In this document: piece after piece, positions 37,825 to 47,715 of the stretch
Position numbering within the stretch: the stretch's first letter is position 1
Layout: every line of letters starts with the position of its first letter
DNA from: Candidatus Nealsonbacteria bacterium
Lineage (GTDB): Bacteria > Patescibacteriota > Minisyncoccia > Minisyncoccales > UBA6532
Reading direction: 5' to 3'
NCBI GenBank assembly: GCA_016186485.1
Contig: JACPLN010000001.1
Span: 18,377-82,376, forward strand
Length of the DNA stretch: 64,000 nucleotides
Notes under the pieces: model-generated
Told to the model about the DNA's origin: nothing
The model's database searches: none
The model's input: only the letters and a program-made list of their open reading frames with translations
Made by a program: the position numbers and the translations under genes

Positions 37825-37850
37825 GGCACCTTTTGTGTGCCTCTTTTTAA
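37823..37850 (+). terminator. cassette 3 terminator
   Basis: GAGGCAC-7 nt-GTGCCTC followed by TTTTTAA. Confidence 0.7.
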
Positions 37851-37900
37851 TTCGGAGACTGTTACCCGGGTTTAAGTTAGATAATTATTTTATGTCAAGA

Positions 37901-37968
37901 AACATCGTCCCGTAGACGACCCCATTTTGGGCTTATTGCTTCCTCCGAGGAAGCAATGGCCCTATTTT
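37901..37968 (+). repeat. 68-nt repeat containing REP copy 5 (core 37929-37962)
   Basis: identical to 37302-37369; followed by a T run. Confidence 0.9.
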
Positions 37969-38011
37969 TTTGGAACAAATGGCTGTAAGGCATTGAACTA
38001 TTGCGATCGGC

Positions 38012-38039
38012 TTGACTGGTTATTTAAAATAAGTATAAA
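38012..38039 (+). promoter_or_regulatory. cassette 4 promoter
   Basis: TTGACT-16 nt-TATAAA. Confidence 0.45.
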
Positions 38040-38059
38040 TAACCAAGAGCTTTTCAATA

Positions 38060-38251
38060 TTGAAAAAAGTTGATACGATCGCAGTCGTGATGGTGATAGG
38101 GCTTATTTTGTTACCCGTTGGTATTTTTGGTATTTTAAGCCATTCTTTTACTTCCGTAGGAGTGACAGCCGGATTAATTGGGTTCTTTCTGATTATTATA
38201 TCCGCCATGTTTGGCTACAAAGAGGCTTGGGAAAAGATAGTAGAAAAATAA
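38060..38251 (+). CDS. 63-aa two-TM membrane protein (cassette 4), TTG start
   Basis: ORF track 38060..38251; hydrophobic IAVVMVIGLILLPVGIFGIL and GLIGFFLIIISAMFG. Confidence 0.4.
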   Translation: MKKVDTIAVVMVIGLILLPVGIFGILSHSFTSVGVTAGLIGFFLIIISAMFGYKEAWEKIVEK

Positions 38252-38252
38252 A

Positions 38253-38285
38253 AATAGCGCATCATCGCGCTATTTCTTTGTTTTT
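38253..38285. terminator. bidirectional terminator between cassette 4 and htrA
   Basis: AATAGCGC-6 nt-GCGCTATT followed by TCTTTGTTTTT; A run on the other side. Confidence 0.7.
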
Positions 38286-38287
38286 AT

Positions 38288-39331
<1,044 letters not shown>

Positions 39332-39404
39332 AGTGTTTTTATTTTGTAATTATAACAGTTAATTGCAAAATGAGTCAAAATCGTGATAATATATGGAGAG
39401 TTGA

Positions 39405-39476
39405 GCCCCCATCGTTCAATGGATAGGATAGGGGTTTCCTAAACCCTAGATCCAGGTTCGACTCCTGGTGGGGGCA
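39405..39476 (+). tRNA. tRNA-Arg(CCT)
   Basis: acceptor GCCCCCA/TGGGGGC, anticodon loop TTCCTAA. Confidence 0.8.
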
Positions 39477-39523
39477 TACATAAATTATTGCACATTGAAA
39501 CGCTTTGTAGTACAATTAAAGTG

Positions 39524-40228
39524 ATGTCAAAAACAATCCTCCGTAAGAAGGTTCGTAAATTGCGATCTACGGGTAAAACTTATACCGAAATACGGCAGGT
39601 TTTGGGCATATCTATACCAAAGAGCACGCTTTCCAATTGGTGTCACGATGTGATTTTGCCGAATTGGTACACTGCTAAAATTAGAGACATTAATCATAAA
39701 AGCTTTACGAAAGCACAAACAATGGCGTGGGCTTCAATGCGACGAAAACGCGAACTTTTCTTAAATCAAGTACGGCGAGAGGCTAAATGGGTTCTTAAAA
39801 AATTTAACCCTGAGGGCCTAAAGATTGTTCTAGCTATGCTTTATCTTGGCGAAGGAGCTAAATGGAAGGGGCATTCCGGCCTACTACTTGGAAGTTCCGA
39901 CCAAACGATAGTCCTTTTGTACATTTCTTTACTAGAAAAGTGTTATAAAATTAAGCCAAGTCAACTTAAGTGTAGGATATCTTATAGGGCAGATCAAAAT
40001 ATCCATAAACTTGAAAAATATTGGTCAAATATCACCGGAGTCCCCAAAGAAAATTTTTATAAAACCAAACCTGACCCCAGAACCAAAGGCAAAAAAACAA
40101 AGAATAATGATTATAAGGGGGTCTGCGTTATCACTTGTGCAGGCTCTCATATCCAGTTAGAGTTGGAAGAAATCGCAAAGCTTTTATTAGAAAAATTAAG
40201 GGCCCATAGCTTAGAGGAAAAGCGTTAG
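39524..40228 (+). CDS. HTH + LAGLIDADG-like homing-endonuclease-like protein
   Basis: N-terminal LRSTGKTYTEIRQVLGISIPKSTLSNW HTH; LAMLYLGEG resembles a single LAGLIDADG motif; the last 29 nt overlap tRNA-Ala. Confidence 0.4.
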   Translation: MSKTILRKKVRKLRSTGKTYTEIRQVLGISIPKSTLSNWCHDVILPNWYTAKIRDINHKSFTKAQTMAWASMRRKRELFLNQVRREAKWVLKKFNPEGLKIVLAMLYLGEGAKWKGHSGLLLGSSDQTIVLLYISLLEKCYKIKPSQLKCRISYRADQNIHKLEKYWSNITGVPKENFYKTKPDPRTKGKKTKNNDYKGVCVITCAGSHIQLELEEIAKLLLEKLRAHSLEEKR

Positions 40229-40274
40229 TATGGCATACTAAAGATCGAGGGTTCGAGTCCCTCTGGGTCCACCA
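40200..40274 (+). tRNA. tRNA-Ala(GGC), CCA encoded
   Basis: acceptor GGGCCCA/TGGGTCC with G3:U70, anticodon loop ATGGCAT, 3' ACCA. Confidence 0.8.
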
Positions 40275-40275
40275 A

Positions 40276-40365
40276 GGAGAGGTGCGGCGAATGGTAAGCC
40301 AGCGGTTTGCTAAACCGTGTCCCGTGTAAAAAGCGGGATTGTGGGTTCGACTCCCACCCTCTCCG
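40276..40365 (+). tRNA. tRNA-Ser(GCT), long variable arm
   Basis: acceptor GGAGAGG/CCTCTCC, anticodon loop TTGCTAA, about 20-nt variable arm. Confidence 0.8.
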
Positions 40366-40376
40366 CTAAGACCGCT

Positions 40377-40463
40377 GGCGGGGTGCTCCGAATTGGTAAG
40401 GAACTGGTCTTGAAAACCAGCGCCCACTCCGTGGGCTTGTGAGTTCGAGTCTCACCCCCGCCG
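40377..40463 (+). tRNA. tRNA-Ser(TGA), long variable arm
   Basis: acceptor GGCGGGG/CCCCGCC, anticodon loop CTTGAAA, long variable arm. Confidence 0.75.
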
Positions 40464-40471
40464 CAAATAAA

Positions 40472-40503
40472 AAGCAACCAGATTCTAGTTTGGTTGCTTT
40501 TTC
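40472..40503 (+). terminator. terminator of the tRNA cluster
   Basis: AAGCAACCA-10 nt-TGGTTGCTT followed by TTTCG. Confidence 0.65.
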
Positions 40504-40587
40504 GTATTAAGCTGGGTCAATGTGCTATGATTAAAGACAGGGTTTTTCAACACCTTGCAGCTTCTTGAAAATGCTATAATAAATAAG

Positions 40588-41688
40588 ATGTTTAATATAA
40601 AGCTTCCAACCGGTTTATCTAGTTTTCAGGTGGTGCCCAAAAGCTTTCTTGGCATAGATATTGGAACCTCGGCTATCAAGGTAGTGGAAATTTCAAAATG
40701 GGGTAATCGGAACAGGCTGGAAAATTATGGCGAAATTCGGTCTGAATTTCTTTATCAAAAACAATTCAGGACGTTTGAAAAAAGCACTCTTACGCTTTCT
40801 ACCGCTGATATTGCCAAGGGCATAAAAGCCATATTTGAAGAAACGGGCATTAAAAACAAGAAGGCATATATGTCTCTTCCAGATTTCGCCAGTTTTTTTA
40901 CCTGGTTTGAATTGCCTCCGATGACAGAAGAAGAGGTGCCCCAAGCAGTAGCTTCTGCGGCCCGCCAATATATTCCCCTTCCCCTTTCCGAAGTCACTCT
41001 GGATTGGCAGATAATAGAAGGCAGAATTGAAAGAAAAACTCCTTTAAAGGTTCTTTTGGTTGCCGTTCCAAACGAAGTCATAAATCAGTTTCAGGAAATC
41101 GCTTCTTTAACTAAAATTGAGCTTCACGCTTTGGAAGCCGAAGTCTTCGGCCTTATACGCTCTGTGACAATGGAAACGGATAAAGACAGCCTGCTTTTGC
41201 TGGATGTTGGAGCGAGATCCACAACCATAAGCGTTGCCGATGGCCAGGTTTTAAAAAGAACGCACAGTTTTGATATGGCGGGCACCGATTTTGTTGACGT
41301 CATATCCAAAAGCATGGGGGTGGATTATCAAAAAGCGGAAGAATTGAAAAAAAAATACGGAATTTCGGCTATAGACAATAAAAACGAGGGAATTAAAGTA
41401 AGGGAGGTTTTGCTGCCGCTGGTGGATTTAATAATTTCGGAGGCGGGAAAGATATCCCAAAACTATTTTCAGATAGAAAATAAGATGATCCAAAAAGCGG
41501 TTTTGGCCGGAGGGGAAGCCTTAATGCCCGGTTTTGCCGATTATTTTTCAGAACGCCTAAAAATATCATCGGCCATTGCAAATCCTTTTTCAAACCTTTT
41601 TTTCACGCCGATTTTGGAAAAAGACTTAAAATTAATGGGTCCCGGCTACGCCATCGCGGTTGGCATGGCTCTCGGAGGGCTTGAATAG
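40588..41688 (+). CDS. pilM: type IV pilus assembly ATPase-fold protein PilM
   Basis: actin-like fold start LGIDIGTSAIKVVE...LLDVGARSTT; first gene of the pilus locus; start moved to ATG 40588. Confidence 0.8.
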   Translation: MFNIKLPTGLSSFQVVPKSFLGIDIGTSAIKVVEISKWGNRNRLENYGEIRSEFLYQKQFRTFEKSTLTLSTADIAKGIKAIFEETGIKNKKAYMSLPDFASFFTWFELPPMTEEEVPQAVASAARQYIPLPLSEVTLDWQIIEGRIERKTPLKVLLVAVPNEVINQFQEIASLTKIELHALEAEVFGLIRSVTMETDKDSLLLLDVGARSTTISVADGQVLKRTHSFDMAGTDFVDVISKSMGVDYQKAEELKKKYGISAIDNKNEGIKVREVLLPLVDLIISEAGKISQNYFQIENKMIQKAVLAGGEALMPGFADYFSERLKISSAIANPFSNLFFTPILEKDLKLMGPGYAIAVGMALGGLE

Positions 41689-41691
41689 AGT

Positions 41692-42216
41692 ATGGTTGAA
41701 ATAATTCCAAAGCCAGCAAAAAAAATTGTATCCATAGAAGGAATTTCAGCTTACATATCTTTTTCTTTGTTAATAGCGGCTTTTTTCGGTTATTTTATTC
41801 TGGCTAATTTTCAGCAAAAGAACGTAAAGCTCTTGGATGGCCTAGAAGAAGAGCTTTTAAAATCTATTACCCCGAAAGAAAGGGTTTTGGAAAACCAAGT
41901 ATTGGAGCAGAAGAAAAAAATAGAAGATTTTGCGGTATTGCTGTCCCTTCAAAACAAAACCTTGGGTTTTTTTGAAACGCTGGAAGGCGTCGTCCATCCG
42001 AAAGTCTGGTTTAACTCTTTTACTTTGGATACGGCGGGCATGAAGGTTTCTCTTTCCGGGAAAACGGAAAGCTTCGCTGATTTGGAGCAGCAGCTCCTGG
42101 CTTTTAAGAACGAAAAAAAGATAGGAGAAGTAATCCTTAAAGATGTTAAAATTGAGAAAGGCGGAAATATAGCATTTGATATTTCTTTGGCCCTAACCAA
42201 AGAAGCGCTTAAATAG
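41692..42216 (+). CDS. pilN: PilN-like bitopic pilus assembly protein
   Basis: single N-terminal TM plus periplasmic domain; position after pilM. Confidence 0.55.
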   Translation: MVEIIPKPAKKIVSIEGISAYISFSLLIAAFFGYFILANFQQKNVKLLDGLEEELLKSITPKERVLENQVLEQKKKIEDFAVLLSLQNKTLGFFETLEGVVHPKVWFNSFTLDTAGMKVSLSGKTESFADLEQQLLAFKNEKKIGEVILKDVKIEKGGNIAFDISLALTKEALK

Positions 42217-42220
42217 TCTT

Positions 42221-42742
42221 ATGCCTTCAAAACTTATAATCGCAGCAATTGGTTTTATCGCGACTGCAATCTTGGGGATTTTCCTTTTGTTTCCCCAATA
42301 CAAGAATTTACAGAGCCTGGAGGCGCAAATTGCCTTAAAGGAGGCGGAGCTTGAATATCAGAGCGAATACTTGGCAAGCGTTAAAAAGGCAAAGGAGACT
42401 TTGGATAATTATTCATCCCAGCTTGAAAAAATCAATACTGCTCTGCCGGATGCCGTTTCTTATCCCGCCATTCTTGAAAATATCCAAATGCAGGCTGCAA
42501 AATCAGGCCTTGTGATAGGCGACGTAAAGCCGCTGCCCGCCGGCATTAGCCCGTCTAATTCCCAAATAAGAAAATATTCTGTTCAGGTGGTCCTGAGCGG
42601 CAATTATCCGGATTTGAAAAAGTTTATTTCCAACATAGAGAACAGCGCCAGGATTTTTAATATAAATAAAATATCTTTTGACTATTCAAAAGAGGGAAAG
42701 GCGCTTGAATTTTCTTTAATAATTGAAGCAAGTTCCTATTAA
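42221..42742 (+). CDS. pilO: PilO-like bitopic pilus assembly protein
   Basis: N-terminal TM, coiled coil, C-terminal domain; synteny. Confidence 0.55.
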   Translation: MPSKLIIAAIGFIATAILGIFLLFPQYKNLQSLEAQIALKEAELEYQSEYLASVKKAKETLDNYSSQLEKINTALPDAVSYPAILENIQMQAAKSGLVIGDVKPLPAGISPSNSQIRKYSVQVVLSGNYPDLKKFISNIENSARIFNINKISFDYSKEGKALEFSLIIEASSY

Positions 42743-42748
42743 ACTTTA

Positions 42749-43030
42749 ATGGCAATTAAGATTTTAGAGCAAAATAAAAAACAGCAGTATCTTGTCTTTA
42801 TTCTGGTGGTTCTAATAATTGCGATTATCATTGTCGTCTGGCAAGGGTTCTTGAGGGGCGGAGCCAAAAAGGCCGCGGAAGAAGAGCGATTTATTCCGGC
42901 AAAAAGCAAGATTAAGTTAAGTCTTGAAATTTTGCAAGATCCTGTTTTGGATAAGCTTGAAGCGACCCAAGCCATCCCTGCTTTTGAAAAAAAGGATCTT
43001 GGAAGAAAAAATCCATTTACCCCATTTTAA
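42749..43030 (+). CDS. small bitopic protein in the pilus locus (hypothetical)
   Basis: one TM, 93 aa, between pilO and pilB. Confidence 0.4.
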   Translation: MAIKILEQNKKQQYLVFILVVLIIAIIIVVWQGFLRGGAKKAAEEERFIPAKSKIKLSLEILQDPVLDKLEATQAIPAFEKKDLGRKNPFTPF

Positions 43031-43033
43031 ATT

Positions 43034-44758
43034 ATGAATTTAATACAACAATTAGTTAAAAAAGGGTTTTTAGATAAAGATAACGCCCTAAGGATTGAAA
43101 AAGAAGCAAAAGAAACCTTAAAATCGGTTGAAGAATTGCTTTTGGAAGAAAACATTGTCACCGAAGATGTTCTTTTTGGCATAAAAGCAGAAGAGATGAA
43201 ACTGTCTTTGAAAAGCGCGGCTCCGGAAGACATACCATCTAAAATCCTTGAATTGATTCCCGAGGATTCCGCCACCCATTATAAAGTGGTGCCCTTGGCA
43301 AAAAAAGACGGGACGGTAGGAATAGGAATGATTCATCCCGAAGACCTAAAAGCCCAGGAAGCTCTGCGTTTTTGGTCGCGTCAGGGCAAGTTTGCTTACA
43401 AGATATTTTTGATAACCCCCAGCGTTTTTCAAAATATATTAAAGCAATACAGGACGATGAGGAAAGAAGTTGGCAGGGCGCTGGAAGAGCTTGAAACGGA
43501 ACTCAAAGAAAAGATCGGCGCGCCCGCTTTAAATAAAGAAGAATTGAGCAGAGTCGCAGAAGATGCTCCGATAACAAGGGTTGTAGCCGTTATTTTGCGC
43601 CACGCGATAGAAGGCAAGGCTTCCGATATCCATATTGAGCCTACAAGGGAAGAACTAAGGGTTCGTTTCAGGCAAGACGGTATTTTGCATTCCAGCCTGG
43701 TTCTTCCTCTTAAAACCAGTTCTGCCGTTGCCGCAAGGATTAAGATTCTTTCAAATCTAAGGATAGACGAAAGCCGAATTCCGCAGGACGGCAGGTTTTC
43801 GGCCAGGCTGGAAGGAAGAAATATTGATTTTCGCGTTTCTACCTTCCCTACCACTATGGGTGAAAAGGTGGTAATCAGGGTATTGGATCCTACGGAGGGG
43901 CTTAAAAGATTTGAGATTCTAGGCCTTGAGGGAAGGAATTTGAAAGTGGTGGAAAAAGCCGTAGCAAAACCATTCGGGTTAATATTGGCGACAGGGCCCA
44001 CTGGTTCTGGCAAGACGACCACGCTTTACGCAATATTAAATTCTTTGAATGTTGAAGGCGTTAATATTATGACCCTTGAGGATCCGGTTGAATATTTTGT
44101 TTCCGGCGTCAACCAGTCCCAGATTAGGCCGGAAATCGGCTACAATTATGCCACCGGCCTCCGCCACATACTGCGGCAGGATCCGGATATCATTATGGTG
44201 GGGGAAATTAGAGACGAGGAGTCTGCTTCTTTGTCTATCCACGCCGCTCTTACCGGCCATATAGTTTTATCAACCCTTCATACAACGGATTCCTTGGGAG
44301 TCATTCCAAGGTTAATTGATTTGGGAATTGAGCCGTTTTTGTTGCCGCCAAGCCTATCTTTGGCAATTGCCCAAAGGTTGGTAAGGCGTCTTTGCCAAGA
44401 GTGCAAAAAAGAGGTAAAGCCCAGAAGCGAAATAAGGGAAATTATCATGAAAGAATTGGATTCGCTTCCGCCCGCCGCAAAGAAAGATTATGCTATGCCG
44501 AAAGAAATTAAAATATTTCAGGCCCAGGGCTGCAAGAAGTGCCAGAACGAGGGATATTCGGGGAGGATTGCGATATATGAAATTCTTGAAATGACTGATT
44601 ATTTGGCCGATATGATTTTAAAGGATCCTTCGGAATCCAACATAGCCAAAGAAGCCAAAAATCAGGGAATGATTACGATGCGCCAAGACGGCATTTTAAA
44701 GGTTTTAAGCGGCGTCACCTCAATAGAAGAAGTGTTGATGACCACCGGAGAAAAATAA
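43034..44758 (+). CDS. pilB: type IV pilus assembly (extension) ATPase PilB/GspE
   Basis: Walker A GPTGSGKTTT, Asp box, tetracysteine CQEC...CKKC, His box. Confidence 0.9.
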   Translation: MNLIQQLVKKGFLDKDNALRIEKEAKETLKSVEELLLEENIVTEDVLFGIKAEEMKLSLKSAAPEDIPSKILELIPEDSATHYKVVPLAKKDGTVGIGMIHPEDLKAQEALRFWSRQGKFAYKIFLITPSVFQNILKQYRTMRKEVGRALEELETELKEKIGAPALNKEELSRVAEDAPITRVVAVILRHAIEGKASDIHIEPTREELRVRFRQDGILHSSLVLPLKTSSAVAARIKILSNLRIDESRIPQDGRFSARLEGRNIDFRVSTFPTTMGEKVVIRVLDPTEGLKRFEILGLEGRNLKVVEKAVAKPFGLILATGPTGSGKTTTLYAILNSLNVEGVNIMTLEDPVEYFVSGVNQSQIRPEIGYNYATGLRHILRQDPDIIMVGEIRDEESASLSIHAALTGHIVLSTLHTTDSLGVIPRLIDLGIEPFLLPPSLSLAIAQRLVRRLCQECKKEVKPRSEIREIIMKELDSLPPAAKKDYAMPKEIKIFQAQGCKKCQNEGYSGRIAIYEILEMTDYLADMILKDPSESNIAKEAKNQGMITMRQDGILKVLSGVTSIEEVLMTTGEK

Positions 44759-44773
44759 AAACAGTAAAATAAC

Positions 44774-45850
44774 ATGCCAAACAATAATTCAAACGAGCTA
44801 AATGAACTTTTAACCATTACTTTTAAAGAAAAAGCTTCCGATTTGCATCTGTCGGCAGGCCACTATCCGACTTTGAGAGCGGGCGGCCGCCTGGTTCCTT
44901 TGGTAAAAAGAAAAAAGCTTACAGAAAAAGACACGGAAGGATTTGCAAGGACTTTGCTTGGAGATGAAAATAGGTTCCAAAAGCTTATTGAGGACAGGGA
45001 TTCGGACTTTTCTTACGAATTAGGAGAAGAGGTTCGCTTTAGGGTTAACGTATTCTTTCAGAGAGGAAAGATAAGCTGCGCTCTGCGCTTAATTCCGCAG
45101 AGGGTTCCCACTTTGGAAGAATTAAATCTTCCGCCTATTCTGCAAGAGTTTACCAGGCCAAGCCAGGGTTTTGTTCTGATAACGGGCCCTTCTTCTCAAG
45201 GGAAGTCAACAACCCTGGCATCTTTGATAGACGAAATCAACCATGCAAGGACAGATCATATTGTGACCATTGAGGATCCCATTGAGTATGTTTTCAAAGA
45301 CGATAACTGCATTATTGACCAAAGAGAGGTTGGCCAGGACGCTCTGACCTTTGCGGACGCCTTAAGAGCGACATTCAGACAGGATCCTAACGTTATTATG
45401 GTTGGGGAAATGCGCGATAGCGAGACTATGGCCACGGCCATAACGGCGGCAGAAACGGGACACTTGGTTTTTGCCACTCTTCATACCAACTCCGCTCCCC
45501 AAACCATTCATAGGATCGTAGACAGCTTTCCTCCAGAACAGCAAGACCAGGTAAGAATGCAGCTTTCCTCATCCTTGCTCGGAGTCGTATCCCAAAGGCT
45601 GATCCCAAGGATTAGGGGGGGATTGGTTCCAGCTTTGGAAATAATGATTTCAAATCCCGCCGTTTCCAATTTGATAAGAGAAAATAAAGTGCACGAAATA
45701 CCCTTGGTAATTGAAACATCTGCAGAGGTGGGAATGATAAGCCTTAACAGGTATTTGGCAAATTTGATAAAGCAAAAAGAAATTTCTTTAGACGGAGCAA
45801 TTCAATACTCTTTAGACCCGGTTGAGTTAAAGAATCTCATCCGCCGTTAG
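44774..45850 (+). CDS. pilT: twitching-motility retraction ATPase PilT
   Basis: 358 aa, ITGPSSQGKSTT Walker A, VGEMRD, GHLVFATLHT. Confidence 0.9.
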   Translation: MPNNNSNELNELLTITFKEKASDLHLSAGHYPTLRAGGRLVPLVKRKKLTEKDTEGFARTLLGDENRFQKLIEDRDSDFSYELGEEVRFRVNVFFQRGKISCALRLIPQRVPTLEELNLPPILQEFTRPSQGFVLITGPSSQGKSTTLASLIDEINHARTDHIVTIEDPIEYVFKDDNCIIDQREVGQDALTFADALRATFRQDPNVIMVGEMRDSETMATAITAAETGHLVFATLHTNSAPQTIHRIVDSFPPEQQDQVRMQLSSSLLGVVSQRLIPRIRGGLVPALEIMISNPAVSNLIRENKVHEIPLVIETSAEVGMISLNRYLANLIKQKEISLDGAIQYSLDPVELKNLIRR

Positions 45851-45859
45851 TTCTAGTTT

Positions 45860-47071
45860 ATGAAATTTAGATATCGGGCAAGAACCAAAGAAGGCGAAGC
45901 AAAGACAGGATTTGTTGAAGCTTCTTCTAAAGAGGCGGCTTTGGCGCTTCTTCAAAGATACGACCTTTTTATAACTCTTTTGGAAAAGACGGGAATAGAG
46001 CTGCCTTTTTATTCTAAAAAAGTGAAGATTTTTGAAATGATTTCCCAGAAAGATTTGGTTATGTTTTCCCGTCAGCTGGCGATTATGTTTAAATCAAAGG
46101 TATCCTTAACCGAATCTTTAAACGTTTTATCTTCACAGGCTAAAAATCAGGCCTTGAAAGAAAAGATTTTGACCATCGCAGAGCAGGTCCAGGGAGGGAC
46201 ATCGTTTTCACAGGCCATTTCGCAGTTCCCGGAAAATTTCTCCACTTTTTACGTGAGCATGATAAGGTCCGGGGAGGCTTCGGGAAAACTTGCCGAAAGC
46301 CTTGAATATTTGGCTGACCATCTGGAAAGAGAATATTATTTAAGGGCCAAAACAACGGGAGCCTTAATTTATCCAATCCTTATAGTTATAACCATGATCG
46401 CGGTTTTGGTCATAATTATGACATTTGTCGTTCCTCAACTTTCAGAATTGCTGAAAGAAAACGAATCCGAACTCCCGTTATCTACAAAAATAGTGATGAA
46501 AAGCTCTGAAATTATGGCTAAGTGGTGGTGGGCAATATTGTTGGCTTTGGGAGGGCTTGCAGCCGTTATTCTCCGTTATTTAAAAACGAAAGAGGGAAAA
46601 GAATTGATGGACAGGACCGTTTTGCGGCTGCCCGCCGTGGGGTCTTCAATAAAGACGGTGTACCTCGGCCGTTTCGCGGAAAACTTGGCTACCCTGATAA
46701 CAGGAGGCATTCCAATTTCAAGGGCCCTTGAGATTACGGCAGACATTATTGGAAACTCTGTTTACAGGTCAATTATTCTTCAAGCAAGATCAGGCGTTGA
46801 AAAAGGGGAAACAATCAGCGCTACCTTGTTGCGCTATCCGGATGTCTTCCCGCCGGTTTTTACTCAAATGGTAAGGGTCGGCGAGAAATCGGGGGCCCTG
46901 GACACAACATTGATGCAGGTGGTGGGATTTTACCGCAAAGAAGTTGAGCAGTCTATAGAAAATATCTTAAATATCCTAGAGCCGGTTATGATTATTATTT
47001 TAGGTTTGGTAGTCGGGGGGCTGGTCGGTTCAATTTTGATTCCTTTCTATAAAATAATGGGAGGGCTTTAG
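45860..47071 (+). CDS. pilC: type IV pilus platform protein PilC/GspF
   Basis: two T2SSF repeats, three TM, 403 aa. Confidence 0.9.
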   Translation: MKFRYRARTKEGEAKTGFVEASSKEAALALLQRYDLFITLLEKTGIELPFYSKKVKIFEMISQKDLVMFSRQLAIMFKSKVSLTESLNVLSSQAKNQALKEKILTIAEQVQGGTSFSQAISQFPENFSTFYVSMIRSGEASGKLAESLEYLADHLEREYYLRAKTTGALIYPILIVITMIAVLVIIMTFVVPQLSELLKENESELPLSTKIVMKSSEIMAKWWWAILLALGGLAAVILRYLKTKEGKELMDRTVLRLPAVGSSIKTVYLGRFAENLATLITGGIPISRALEITADIIGNSVYRSIILQARSGVEKGETISATLLRYPDVFPPVFTQMVRVGEKSGALDTTLMQVVGFYRKEVEQSIENILNILEPVMIIILGLVVGGLVGSILIPFYKIMGGL

Positions 47072-47185
47072 GCGGGGATTAGTTTTTCCACAATCCTTTT
47101 CCTAAAAATGTGGTATAATAATATATTGTTTAGAGGAAACAACAAAAGGTCGAACGTTTTTCGCTGTCAGCAAGCATTTGAATCT

Positions 47186-47638
47186 ATGAAAAATAAAGGT
47201 TTTACCTTAATTGAGCTCTTGGTTGTTATTGCCATCATTGGAATTTTGTCATCTATCGTTTTGGTTTCAATGGGCGGAGCCAGGGCAAAAGCCAGAGATG
47301 CGGTAAGAAAGTCAGATATGCGCCAGGTTGTTTCTGCAATGGAATTGGTTTACGGCGACGACGACCAGTATATGACGGTTACCGTTGACGCATCTAACAA
47401 TGTTACCAATACGCAAGTCAAAAATACTGCCGGCACTGTATATATGGCTTCTTTTCCCAAAGATCCATCTTCCGGCAACGCCGCATACAAGGGATTAAGC
47501 AATTCCGGGGACCGCCAAAAGTTCTGCGTTTATGCGACGCTGGAAGGCCCTCCGGCTGCCTACTATACGTCTTCTCACGGAGGAAATTTTCAAAAGACTT
47601 CAGCCCCGACAACTCTTGATAACTGCGCTCAGCCCTAA
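47186..47638 (+). CDS. type IV (major) pilin
   Basis: class III signal [21 protein letters not shown]; start moved to ATG 47186. Confidence 0.85.
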   Translation: MKNKGFTLIELLVVIAIIGILSSIVLVSMGGARAKARDAVRKSDMRQVVSAMELVYGDDDQYMTVTVDASNNVTNTQVKNTAGTVYMASFPKDPSSGNAAYKGLSNSGDRQKFCVYATLEGPPAAYYTSSHGGNFQKTSAPTTLDNCAQP

Positions 47639-47659
47639 GAAAGCCTTGCTTTAGAGCGG

Positions 47660-47692
47660 CCCAGCACATAATTTATGTGCTGGGTTTTGTTT
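47660..47692 (+). terminator. terminator after the pilin gene
   Basis: 11-bp stem CCCAGCACATA/TATGTGCTGGG with a 3-nt loop, followed by TTTTGTTT. Confidence 0.8.
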
Positions 47693-47715
47693 ACCCGAAT
47701 ATGTTAAAATAATAT

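Noticed and set aside
36034-37962. Three similar ~33-nt palindromic repeats that could be mistaken for a CRISPR array
   Set aside because: The spacings are about 1.3 kb and 0.6 kb and contain promoter-driven ORFs. The same palindrome is scattered singly across the window and flanks a RAYT. No cas genes are present. This is REP behaviour, not CRISPR.
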